Source: Veleropilina oligotropha (lineage: Eukaryota). Taken from it: a stretch of DNA of 64,000 bases. A model generated the notes under the pieces. That model worked only from the letters and a program-made list of their open reading frames with translations. It had not been told where the DNA came from and searched no databases. The stretch's first letter is position 1, and each line of letters starts with the position of its first letter. Positions 1 to 9,557 of the stretch are shown piece by piece. The translations under genes and the position numbers were made by a program. The stretch is from assembly GCA_048128005.1 (NCBI GenBank), contig JBEUKZ010000047.1, positions 496,001-560,000 of the forward strand. Direction: 5' to 3'.

Positions 1-235
1 GGAGAAGCTCGGAACAACACACAATATGAAGGACGGCGCCCCGAGCAATATTCTCGCGGTGGTCCCTATAACGTCGCAGATGTTCGGTGAGGCTGCCCAC
101 TATCATAGCTATCCAGCCTTCCGGCGACTACAGGCGGGGCTACTCACATAATTGAAGGTGTATGTCACCGACTCAGATGGTAACCCGCTCGACAATCACG
201 GTATGCCTATTTCCGCCGTCCTTGAGATACAATGA
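1..235 (+). pseudogene. Polinton/adintovirus-like penton fragment, 3' part cut by window edge, internal TAA at 149-151
   Basis: Copy of the 33050-33601 sequence with GAA changed to TAA. Confidence 0.7.
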
Positions 236-591
236 GCAGCATCTACGGGACCCCACTCCTGCTTGCAGATGAGCCTTCAGCGACCCAGTGGCACTTTGTT
301 CTTAGTTGTGGGGAAGCGCCCAAGAAGGGGCTGGCGAGGAGGGAGTTTATGATCCCAAATGCTGGAGGTCGGTTTGGGTTGAACCCAGCCCTTCTAATGA
401 TCCACATGACGCCGGTCCAGCCGGCCGGGGGCGCCCCCAAAGCGTGTTCCATAAATAGACTTGGCCTGGATTCGGACAAGTTGACCCTCGCCTTTGCCAT
501 CAAGGCCCCCTGGGTGAACACCCTTTATTTGAACGTTACGGTAGACATTCGGAATCAACAGGCTGAACAATACAGCCACGGGGGGGACTAG
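232..591 (+). CDS. 119-aa hypothetical protein, probably Polinton/virus-derived
   Basis: ATG overlaps the penton stop codon (ATGA); GC-rich, intronless, open in all 7 copies; no recognised family. Confidence 0.55.
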   Translation: MSSIYGTPLLLADEPSATQWHFVLSCGEAPKKGLARREFMIPNAGGRFGLNPALLMIHMTPVQPAGGAPKACSINRLGLDSDKLTLAFAIKAPWVNTLYLNVTVDIRNQQAEQYSHGGD

Positions 592-610
592 GGGGTTTTG
601 AAATAATCTA

Positions 611-798
611 GGGGGGGCCCGGGGAGACCGGGGAGGCTCCCAGCCCTATTTCCGAACTGAGGGGCTCGTAATATATACCCGCAGGGCATTTTAGTAGAAT
701 TCGGGGAGGGGGGCCCGGGGGGTCGCCGGGGAGGCTCCCAGCGCCATCCGAAACTAGGGTAGCTTAGAATAGTCTATTTGGGGGCATTTTATAAGAAT
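611..798. repeat. Imperfect G-rich direct repeat, ~90-bp copies at 611-700 and 708-798 (every unit)
   Basis: GGGGGGCCCGGGG..CCGGGGAGGCTCCCAGC..CCGAA..GGGCATTTTA..AGAAT occurs twice. Confidence 0.75.
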
Positions 799-849
799 GG
801 GCCAGGGGCGCGTCTATCAATTGTATTGTTTAATTTTGCTTCCTGGTCT

Positions 850-1074
850 CGAAAGAAGGCGGCGCAAAGGCGGTGGGTGCGGTAAACGCAAGGTGGACAG
901 TAAGTACAGCATGCGCAAGGTGGATAGTAAGTGGTCGGGGGGGGTACGGCATGTTCAAGTTGGATAGTAAGTGGTCGAATAGATACGGCAAGGTTCACAG
1001 GGTGGCCATAGCTTTTAACATGGTCAACAGGGTAGCCATAGCTGTGTGATCGACAAGGTGACCATAGGTGTTTA
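850..1074. repeat. Intra-unit duplicate of 2125-2435 (3' end of STAG exon b plus downstream intron)
   Basis: CGAA.GAAGGCGGCGCAAAGGCGGTG ... GACCATAGGTGTTTA is shared; this copy has 2 of the 30-bp repeats versus 5. Confidence 0.9.
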
Positions 1075-1248
1075 AAAATAACCTCTTAAAAAAATTTGCT
1101 GCAGTTTCGAGAGAAACAGCCATATATATCTATATTTGGAAAAGACAAACGGAACAGGCCCAATGCCAAATTTTATTTTGTTGAGAATTCCAAGTATTGC
1201 ACCATAGTATTAATAAACTCAGCGTCACTCTTAACCTGTCCATTGCAG

Positions 1249-2170
1249 AGTAGGCATTGAGTTCAGTCTGACCCCAAACGACGTACACTGCCTCCCACCG
1301 AACCTGGCGTTCCTGTATGAGTTCACCAACAAAATGATGAAGAAGGATAAGAACACAGTGTGAGTTCTCTGATGTTTATGGCTACACAGTGTGAATTCTT
1401 GGATGTTATGTTTACAAATATATAATTATTTGGGTATTGATTGCATTGAACTTGTGATTGTATTCATTCAGGATCTTCCATTTTTTTCTCCATTTTGTTT
1501 GATTGGCGTCATCGACTGAGCAGTTACCACTCCAGGCATCCTACTTGTGCAAAAGAAAATCAAAATCAATTTAGCATAAACCACAATTACAGTAAAATGT
1601 CAGACTACATATTCACATTCTAATGATCTGACTAATCATATCTCATCCATTTTTTATAAGTTGAATATTTTATAGGATGAATTACTATGCTACTTAGGAT
1701 TTGTCTTTGATAAGTATGGATTTGTCTTTGATAAGTATGCAAAGAGCGATGGCAGTCCTTAGCAGTGATCCATATGTACGAGAATAGTATTGGTGAATCT
1801 AGTACATTAATTGTATGCGTGGCGAAGTCTGCCTATATGTTTTCGCACAACTCAAAAAGTCTTATCTTGTGTACAGATGTGCCATGGGACGAAGGAGAAG
1901 CCTATTTATTTTAACTTCAGGCACTTTGGTTGAATAGGTAAAGAATTTAACCATTGTATAATGCTTCATTATGTTACTCATGTTAGTTATGTGCTTACCG
2001 TGTTTTCTCTGGCAGCGTGAACTACCTGGACAAGCACCAGTCGGCCCTCTGTGAGGGATGGCAGCTGCTGCAGGGGTATAGAAACCGCCTGGTGCAGGTG
2101 AAGCACAAGACCCGCCCGATCATACGAAGGAAGGCGGCGCAAAGGCGGTGCGTTAAGCGCAAGGTGGACA
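1249..2170 (+). pseudogene. STAG1/2: Cohesin subunit SA (STAG/stromalin) gene fragment: exon a 1249-1359, intron, exon b 2016-~2170
   Basis: Splice signals ttgcag|exon a|gtgagt and tggcag|exon b|gtaagt, with compatible phases. Consensus spliced translation VGIEFSLTPNDVHGLPPNLAFLYEFTNKMMKKDKNTV-VNYLDKHQSALCEGWQLLQGYRNRLVQ (this copy has C for the G of HGL) matches recalled STAG C-terminal motifs GIEF..PPNLAFL..EF..K....DK.TV..YL.K..W..L..YRN.LV. Confidence 0.82.
1531..1714. repeat. 184-bp intra-unit duplicate (STAG intron piece), second copy at 7809-7992
   Basis: TCCAGGCATCCTACTTGTGC...GGATTTGTCTTTGATAAG is near-identical at both sites. Confidence 0.92.
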
Positions 2171-2262
2171 GTAAGTACAGCATGCGCAAGGTAGATAGTA
2201 AGTGGTCGGGGGGGGTACGGCATGTTCAAGTTGGATAGTAAGTGGTCGAATAGATACGGCAA

Positions 2263-2406
2263 GGTTCACAGGGTTACCATAGCTTTTAACATGGTCCACA
2301 GGGTAGCCATAGCTGTTAACATGGTCCACAGGGTAGCCATAGCTGTTAACATGGTCCACAGGGTTACCATACCTTTTAACATGGTCCACAGGGTAGCCAT
2401 AGCTGT
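2263..2406. repeat. 30-bp minisatellite, ~5 copies (in each full unit)
   Basis: Unit GGTCCACAGGGTAGCCATAGCTGTTAACAT. Confidence 0.92.
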
Positions 2407-2510
2407 GTGATCGACAAGGTGACCATAGGTGTTTATACGGTCAATAAATCCAAATGCATTCCATTCCTCTAGTTCTTGGGTTTTGGACCGCATATATAAT
2501 GTAATTATCA

Positions 2511-2638
2511 TTTTTATCCCCCGCCCGAAGGGTAGCGGGGGATATTGTTGTTGCCATGTCCGACCGTACGTCCATAAACAATTTGGTTAAAGTTTCGAAT
2601 TGAGGGTGTGTAGCTTGCCCATGATACTTTTTGGCATA
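2511..2638 (+). mobile_element. Terminal fragment of a Helentron-associated (HINE/DINE-1-like) non-autonomous element (in each full unit)
   Basis: T-run, then inverted repeat TATCCCCCGC (2515-2524) / GCGGGGGATA (2535-2544), then GCCATGTCCGACCGTACGTCC, a degenerate (GTCC)n microsatellite; this is the layout of DINE-1/HINE ends. Confidence 0.55.
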
Positions 2639-2640
2639 TA

Positions 2641-3874
2641 TCGGGTGGCCAATAAAAAACTTCCCGAACTTTAAAGGTTAATAACTTTGCAATGAACCAC
2701 TATATTGTTATGAAACTTCACACAAGTAAACAATGTAATGTTGTTAATATATTCTGAAAGATTCAAGTCTCTATATCATATACTTTTTCTGTAGTCGGAT
2801 AAATATAAACAAACGTCAAAAACGGCAAGGGCTACGTCCAAAAAGCTGCATAGTTATCTTATATTTACTGAAAGAAGTGATCAATATGGCCTCTATCTGC
2901 TTCAAAAACTCCTCTGAGTTTTTTTTCCACCTTGATATCGTACTTCTAACCTCTCGAAGACATATTTTGTCCCAGCATTTCTTCAGCCTCTTTTTTAGTT
3001 CACATTCATTAAACACATATGTACGCCCTTCGTACACTTTCTCTGACAGATTATTCCAAATGGAATAGTCCATTGCGTTGAGGCCTGGACTCATCCACTG
3101 ACTGATCCAAGAAGGCTTGCGTAGACCTACTTGTGTGCGAAGTTGCCCCATCCTGTTGGAAAACAAAACTTCCATCAGGATAGAGCCGACGGCAATCAGG
3201 CAAGAGTCCCTTTTCCAATAGTTTTTGATGTCTTTCACTTTTTTGGTATCAATAGTGAAGCATCGTTTTTCCATTCCACGATACCCCTGCAGAAACCATA
3301 TTTTCTTGGTAAACCTTGATGTTTCATGGTACAGTCTTGTGGTGGATATATCCCATTTCATTCTTCCGTACACCCTAGCGTTTTGGCGGTTACGCGCCAC
3401 CTCATACGTGAAGTCTTTCTCGTCCGTAAAGACAAGTCTTTTTGCATCCTGTTTGGAATACCTGCTGTATAACTTTTTGGGGTCTTCCTTTTTTGTTTGA
3501 CTGTTTTATCCCGCCGTGAAACTTTTACGCGTTTGGAAGATTTTAATTCCAATTTGTTAGTAATGTTCTGAACTGATGAGCGTGAAATTTCCAGATCTTT
3601 GGCAATTTTCTGCTGAGACTTATGAGTCCCTGGCTTGTCCTCTTGCGACACAATTGCTTCTTCCACGTAAACCTTATTTGTTTCAGTATTTGCGGTTCTT
3701 GGCCTTCCACTACCTTGTTTTCTACTGGTTGAACCTGAAGTCCTTATTCTCTCAATAAGGAGGTTGACTGTTCGCACATTCCACTTTGTATCAGGGAATT
3801 CCCTTATAATCCTTGCACCACACCAGCCCTTTTCCTTGAAACATGCCTCAATAACTGCTTTATCACTCTGATTA
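2641..3874 (-). mobile_element. Tc1/mariner (maT/DD37D-like) transposon with frameshifted transposase; only one TIR
   Basis: HTH region GSGRPRTA; catalytic-region motifs FTDEKDF, VFQQDGATSHT and SPGLNAMDYSIW are not all in one frame; TA followed by TCGGGTGGCCAATAAAAAACTTCCCG as a TIR-like end at 2641. Confidence 0.9.
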
Positions 3875-5673
3875 ATTGAATTGAATTGATGTTTAACGAC
3901 CACGCCGACACTATAATGGTCATAATCGGGTCGGTCAAGTTAATTATATAATAGTTTAATATAAAAAGATAAAAGTTGTGATACATATTTAATAATAAAA
4001 TGAAACAGGTGTGAAAAATAATAAAACGAATCAATATATTTACAAGTAAAATAGGCAATGCAAATTTGGATAAAAGCAAATCAATAAAAGGAAAATTAAC
4101 ATGGTATATTTACAGGTTAAAACGATATATATGCAAAGCAATAAAATTAAAATAAAAACAAGTATAATAATAAAAACAAGATATCATATTTGTGAAATAA
4201 AATATAAATTATAACTTGTAAAAAATATTTACTTGTTTTAAAAACTCAAATATGTTTTCGAGCTTAGTGAATTTAAATAACTCTTGGAGTGAGTTTACCC
4301 TAAAGTGCTTTTGGCGTGCGAGATCCAAATCGACACAATCCAATAATATATGTTTAATTGTTAGGGCAGTTGCACAAGGAATACACTCAGGTGGAGGCTC
4401 CCCTTTAAGCAAGTAGGAGTGAGTGTAGTATGAATGCCCAATTCTCAGTCTGGCCAAGACGACCTCCTCTCGCCGAGATGGCCTGCAAGAGGGTCCCCAG
4501 TCACCAAGAAGAGGTTGGACAATCTGCAGTTTATTCCTTGTGCATTCACTCCAAGAGTGCTGCCAAGTAGAATTTATATATTTGTTTATGCTTTGTTTAA
4601 AATCAGTGTGGGGCAATTTGCAGTTTAGTGTGTGGTTAAAATGCGAGGCTGCCTTGGCAGCTTGGTCAGCCTTCTCATTACCCTGGATACCGATATGGCT
4701 CGGTATCCAGCATAAAATAATGTCATTATCCGGTAAAAGGTTATTATATTTAATTAAAATATCTATAATAATAGGGTTTCTATTCACCCCCCTCAATGCC
4801 TGTAATCTAGAGAGGGAGTCTGAATAGATAATAAAACGCTTGCTATTACTCATTGATATAAAATTGAGCGCAAGCTCGATTGCCTTCAATTCTGCAGTAA
4901 ATATAGTCGCACTGCCTGACAGACGGTTTTGAAAACATTGTCTACCAGTAACAGCGGCTGCTCCTACTAATTCTGCATCTTTTGAACCATCTGTATATAT
5001 GCTTGCACGATCTGAATATTTTAAATTGAGATCGTGCACTTTTAAGAGATAATCTGATGTGTCTGTGTTTGATTTTTTTAGTGAAGTAAGATGTAGGTCA
5101 ATTTCCGGTAATTTAAGTGTCCATGGTGGAGTATCCGGAATGTAATTTGTTCTAATTTGAGCTACATGTATGCCAGTGCTTTCTAGTGCAGGTTTTATGC
5201 GAATGCCGAATGGTGCAATTTTGTTTGGTTTTGCCAGAAATAAATTTTCGTAATTAGGTGTAAATACAGTTTCGAAAGCTGGGTTAGATGGGTGTGATTT
5301 TAATTTGATTGCATATTGCAGTGATAATTTTTCACGTCTGTGTGTAAGAGATGGTTCATTTGCTTCAACATAGAGGCTTTCCATGGGTGATGTGCGGAAA
5401 GCCCCTAGTGCAAGTCGAAGCCCTTGGTTATGGATTGGATCAAGCATGTTAAGATATGAATGGCGAGCAGAGCCATATACTATGCTCCCATAATCAAGTT
5501 TTGATCTAATTAATGATCTGTATAGTCGTAATAAAACTGTTTTATCAGCACCCCATTCAGTATTAGAAACTACTTTCATTATATTTAAAGCTTTTTTACA
5601 TTTAGCTTTAATGTATTTTAAATGCGGTATGAAAGACAGTTTTCGGTCAAATACAAGGCCCAAAAATTTAAAT
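3875..5673 (-). mobile_element. 5'-truncated I-group (Nimb-like) LINE; ORF2 C-terminal part with RNase H (ORF 4209-5690)
   Basis: Motifs KFLG, IYTDGSK, AELKAI, IYSDSLS, WIPSH, GNEKADQAAK and a C-terminal CxxC..H..C; (TCAAT)n tail; close homolog of the full-length copies. Confidence 0.95.
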
Positions 5674-5892
5674 AATAAAAAAAAACGCACACGAGATGAT
5701 CAAAACGCATAGTCAACGGGCACATATGTGGTCAAGATTAGGACAACATCTTCAAAACCGAAGAAAATATCTAAAGGACAGGGAAAGCGGAAAGCGATCA
5801 CAATTCATTGCAACACATTCAGGACCAACTTCTAACCATTCTTCTGTACTGGTACCTACTCCTGTCCATCAAAGGCCACTAGATCTGATGAA

Positions 5893-6276
5893 GTGAATAC
5901 CATGGCCACCTGCCAATTGCAACCAACAGCCGCCAAAATGTCAACGTACAAAATCCCGAAAAAACAAGTACCGGTGTCAAACCAACCGCCTGTCTTATGC
6001 TTCCAGCCAGGACAGTTGGTAAACATTATGAATCGCAATGGAACGTGTCTTGGAACTGGAATTTTCATATCTAATAAAGATAATGTGTTCGCTGAAGTTG
6101 TTTTGAAGACAAAATTATCTCAAATGTTGTCTAGTGATCATGATTCAGATGAGTTGCCACAACCATGCGGTAGTATTTATCACTTCAACCAACTAGAAAA
6201 TAAACAGTTGTTTACCTGGAAACTTGTTAATATGACCTTCTGGCCGTGGGAAAGCTGTCCCAATGAAGACTCCTGA
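5893..6276 (+). CDS. 127-aa hypothetical ORF; possible SH3-like domain of the type found in CACTA/En-Spm accessory proteins
   Basis: Pattern PGQLVNI..GTG..VVL..LPQP..W; open in all 6 copies; assignment is weak and by eye. Confidence 0.35.
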   Translation: MNTMATCQLQPTAAKMSTYKIPKKQVPVSNQPPVLCFQPGQLVNIMNRNGTCLGTGIFISNKDNVFAEVVLKTKLSQMLSSDHDSDELPQPCGSIYHFNQLENKQLFTWKLVNMTFWPWESCPNEDS

Positions 6277-6310
6277 TCAGCCACAGGAACACGCAGTCAA
6301 ATGATCCTCT

Positions 6311-6739
6311 TTGAATAAAAAAGTACTGGTAACCACATGCACTGCACCATCTACAATTAAACCACCGGGCATGCCAGTACAAGTGTGCACCACTAGTACT
6401 GATCATGAATTCGAAATTGCATTGATGGAATGGGCGGAAGGCAAATTGTATCTTGGTGTATTAAGTAAAGATGGAGCAGTTGTTAAAAATTGTCCTAACT
6501 ATATTGCAAAGATCACCAATGATGACGTAAAGATTTGTTCATCTATAAAATGGAACATGCTCTCTCTGAATGCCCAAGACATCCAGAGAAATCCTGATAT
6601 GAAATATTGTGTGTGGAAATCAGCTGCATCTGGGCCATTGGCAAGTTATACAAAAGGAGCAAAGGAAATTAGAATCAGTAATGTGGCAGCATTCCTCGCT
6701 GAGATGAAGGATCACTTGATAACATATGATGATCAATAG
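6311..6739 (+). CDS. 142-aa hypothetical ORF (TTG start; may be part of a decayed longer gene with the upstream ORF)
   Basis: Open in all 6 copies with protein-like composition; no recognised family. Confidence 0.3.
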   Translation: MNKKVLVTTCTAPSTIKPPGMPVQVCTTSTDHEFEIALMEWAEGKLYLGVLSKDGAVVKNCPNYIAKITNDDVKICSSIKWNMLSLNAQDIQRNPDMKYCVWKSAASGPLASYTKGAKEIRISNVAAFLAEMKDHLITYDDQ

Positions 6740-6758
6740 TGATTTATTTCCTCTGCAG

Positions 6759-6856
6759 GCCAAGAAGATAGAGGAACTGGAGGCAGAGCTGGCCGCGTCC
6801 GAGAGGCAGCGACGGGCCACAGAGTCCGAGCTGCAGGATGAGATCGCCAACAGCAA
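6759..6856 (+). pseudogene. Isolated host exon, myosin II heavy chain coiled-coil tail-like
   Basis: tttcctctgcag|98 bp|gtaagt; AKKIEELEAELAASERQRRATESELQDEIANS resembles the recalled non-muscle myosin II motif ELAAAER..R....DEL.DEIANS. Confidence 0.6.
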
Positions 6857-7108
6857 GTAAGTCAAGAAAAACAGCAAGTTAGTCTAGTACAAGGCTCTCG
6901 CTTGACTGCTCTGTCTAGCAGGAGTGAGTTTGAATTCTTGTTTTGGCGCTTTGTTCAGTAGACAGTCATAGTCGATCATAACTGTCTGGTGACGGCGTAT
7001 TTCCCAGGTTTTCTTCCCATGACGATATGGACTTGTCCAGGTATGAACTTGAAGATTGTTAAGAACGTGATATTTGTATCGAGCGTAACCAAATTCAACA
7101 GCTAGTAA

Positions 7109-7795
7109 CCAAACCTAATGGATGTCATGTAGAAACAGGCCAAACCTAATAGATGGATGTCACGTAGAAACAGGCCAAACCTAATAGATCGGATGTCATG
7201 TAGAAACAAGCCAAACCTAATAGATGGATGTCACGTAGAAACAGGCCAAACCTAATAGATGGATGTCATGTAGAAACAGGCCAAACCTAATATATCGGAT
7301 GTCACATAGATAGAAACAAACCAAACCTAATAGATCGGATGTCACGTAGAAGTTTACAGGCCAAACCTAATAGATAGATGTCATGTAGAAACAGGCCAAA
7401 CCTAATAGATCGGATGTCACGTAGAAACAGGCCAAACCTAATAGATGGATGTTACGTAGAAACAGGCCAAACCTAATAGATCGGATGTCACGTAGAAACA
7501 GGCCAAACCTAATAGATGGATGTCATGTAGAAACAGGCCAAACCTAATAGATCGGATGTCACATAGAAACAAACCAAACCTAATAGATCGGATGTCACGT
7601 AGAAGTTTACAGGCCAAACCTAATAGATAGATGTCATGTAGAAACAGTCCAAACCTAATAGATGGGATGTCACGTAGAAGTTTACAGGCCAAACCTAATA
7701 GATGGGATGTCACGTAGAAACAGGCCAAACCTAATAGATGGGATGTCACGTAGAAACCGACCAAACCTAATAGATGGATGTCACGTAGAAACAGG
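7109..7795. repeat. ~35-bp minisatellite, ~19 copies
   Basis: Unit CCAAACCTAATAGAT(C/G)GGATGTCA(C/T)GTAGAAACAGG. Confidence 0.97.
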
Positions 7796-7808
7796 AGAGA
7801 AGTAGCAT

Positions 7809-7992
7809 TCCAGGCATCCTACTTGTGCAAAAGAAAATCAAAATCAATTTAGCATAAACCACAATTACAGTAAAATGTCAGACTACATATTCACATTCTA
7901 ATGATCTGACTAATCATATCTCATCCATTTTTTATAAGTTTAATATTTTATAGGATGAATTACTATGCTACTTAGGATTTGTCTTTGATAAG
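7809..7992. repeat. 184-bp duplicate of STAG intron piece 1531-1714
   Basis: Direct sequence match; abuts the truncated penton. Confidence 0.92.
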
Positions 7993-8544
7993 ACCCCCGA
8001 TACCACGGTAGAGGTGGCACCAGGGTTCTACAGCTTCGATTCCCTCGCCAAGACGATGAAGAGGTCCCTAGCTAACATGCGGCTCGAGGTAAGCCGTGCT
8101 ACCGGACTCGCGCAACTCGTCCCAGAGGGGACTCGACTGGCGATAAGCGACGATATACGGAAGCTCCTCGGCTTCACCCTTTCAGGGTGGCTACTTATGA
8201 CTTATGACAAGAACAAGCCTGTCGGGTCGCTGCAATGGCTACACCCCGGGACTTATGACGGGAACAAGCCCGTCGGGTTTGCCATAGCAGCGACCCTACA
8301 CGTTCATCTGGAGAAGCTCGGAACAACACACAATATGAAGGACGGCGCCCCGAGCAATATTCTCGCGGTGGTCCCTATAACGTCGCAGATGTTCGGTGAG
8401 GCTGCCCACTATCATAGCTATCCAGCCTTCCGGCGACTACAGGCGGGGCTACTCACATAATTGAAGGTGTATGTCACCGACTCAGATGGTAACCCGCTCG
8501 ACAATCACGGTATGCCTATTTCCGCCGTCCTTGAGATACAATGA
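7993..8544 (+). pseudogene. 5'-truncated Polinton/adintovirus-like penton with premature TAA at 8458-8460
   Basis: See 33050-33601. Confidence 0.72.
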
Positions 8545-8900
8545 GCAGCATCTACGGGACCCCACTCCTGCTTGCAGATGAGCCTTCAGCGACCCAGTGG
8601 CACTTTGTTCTTAGTTGTGGGGAAGCGCCCAAGAAGGGGCTGGCGAGGAGGGAGTTTATGATCCCAAACGCTGGAGGTCGGTTTGGGTTGAACCCAGCCC
8701 TTCTAATGATCCACATGACGCCGGTCCAGCCGGCCGGGGGCGCCCCCAAAGCGTGTTCCATAAATAGACTTGGCCTGGATTCGGACAAGTTGACCCTCGC
8801 CTTTGCCATCAAGGCCCCCTGGGTGAACACCCTTTATTTGAACGTTACGGTAGACATTCGGAATCAACAGGCTGAACAATACAGCCACGGGGGGGACTAG
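8541..8900 (+). CDS. 119-aa hypothetical protein (copy 2)
   Basis: Copy of 232-591. Confidence 0.55.
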   Translation: MSSIYGTPLLLADEPSATQWHFVLSCGEAPKKGLARREFMIPNAGGRFGLNPALLMIHMTPVQPAGGAPKACSINRLGLDSDKLTLAFAIKAPWVNTLYLNVTVDIRNQQAEQYSHGGD

Positions 8901-9557
8901 GGGGTTTTGAAATAATCTAGGGGGGGCCCGGGGAGACCGGGGAGGCTCCCAGCCCTATTTCCGAACTGAGGGGCTCGTAATATATACCCGCAGGGCATTT
9001 TAGTAGAATTCGGGGAGGGGGGCCCGGGGGGTCGCCGGGGAGGCTCCCAGCGCCATCCGAAACTAGGGTAGCTTAGAATAGTCTATTTGGGGGCATTTTA
9101 TAAGAATGGGCCAGGGGCGCGTCTATCAATTGTATTGTTTAATTTTGCTTCCTGGTCTCGAAAGAAGGCGGCGCAAAGGCGGTGGGTGCGGTAAACGCAA
9201 GGTGGACAGTAAGTACAGCATGCGCAAGGTGGATAGTAAGTGGTCGGGGGGGGTACGGCATGTTCAAGTTGGATAGTAAGTGGTCGAATAGATACGGCAA
9301 GGTTCACAGGGTGGCCATAGCTTTTAACATGGTCAACAGGGTAGCCATAGCTGTGTGATCGACAAGGTGACCATAGGTGTTTAAAAATAACCTCTTAAAA
9401 AAATTTGCTGCAGTTTCGAGAGAAACAGCCATATATATCTATATTTGGAAAAGACAAACGGAACAGGCCCAATGCCAAATTTTATTTTGTTGAGAATTCC
9501 AAGTATTGCACCATAGTATTAATAAACTCAGCGTCACTCTTAACCTGTCCATTGCAG

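Noticed and set aside
2153..2511. Several short repetitive ORFs on both strands
   Set aside because: Products of the 30-bp minisatellite, whose unit length is a multiple of 3
2816..3903. Two intact transposase genes (194 and 181 aa), or a programmed frameshift
   Set aside because: The motifs switch frame several times with deletions, and the 'MVVKHQFN' start comes from the LINE tail: one dead transposase
7438..7764. 108-aa minus-strand ORF (LLGLACFYVTS repeats) and its copies
   Set aside because: Translation of the minisatellite
7109..7795. CRISPR-like array of ~35-bp repeats
   Set aside because: The repeats are contiguous with no unique spacers, there are no cas genes and the context is eukaryotic: a minisatellite
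1..8309. rDNA, 5S, snRNA, SL-RNA or histone repeat as the reason for the array
   Set aside because: No recognisable signature sequences found by eye; a cmscan run against Rfam would be needed to exclude divergent ncRNAs
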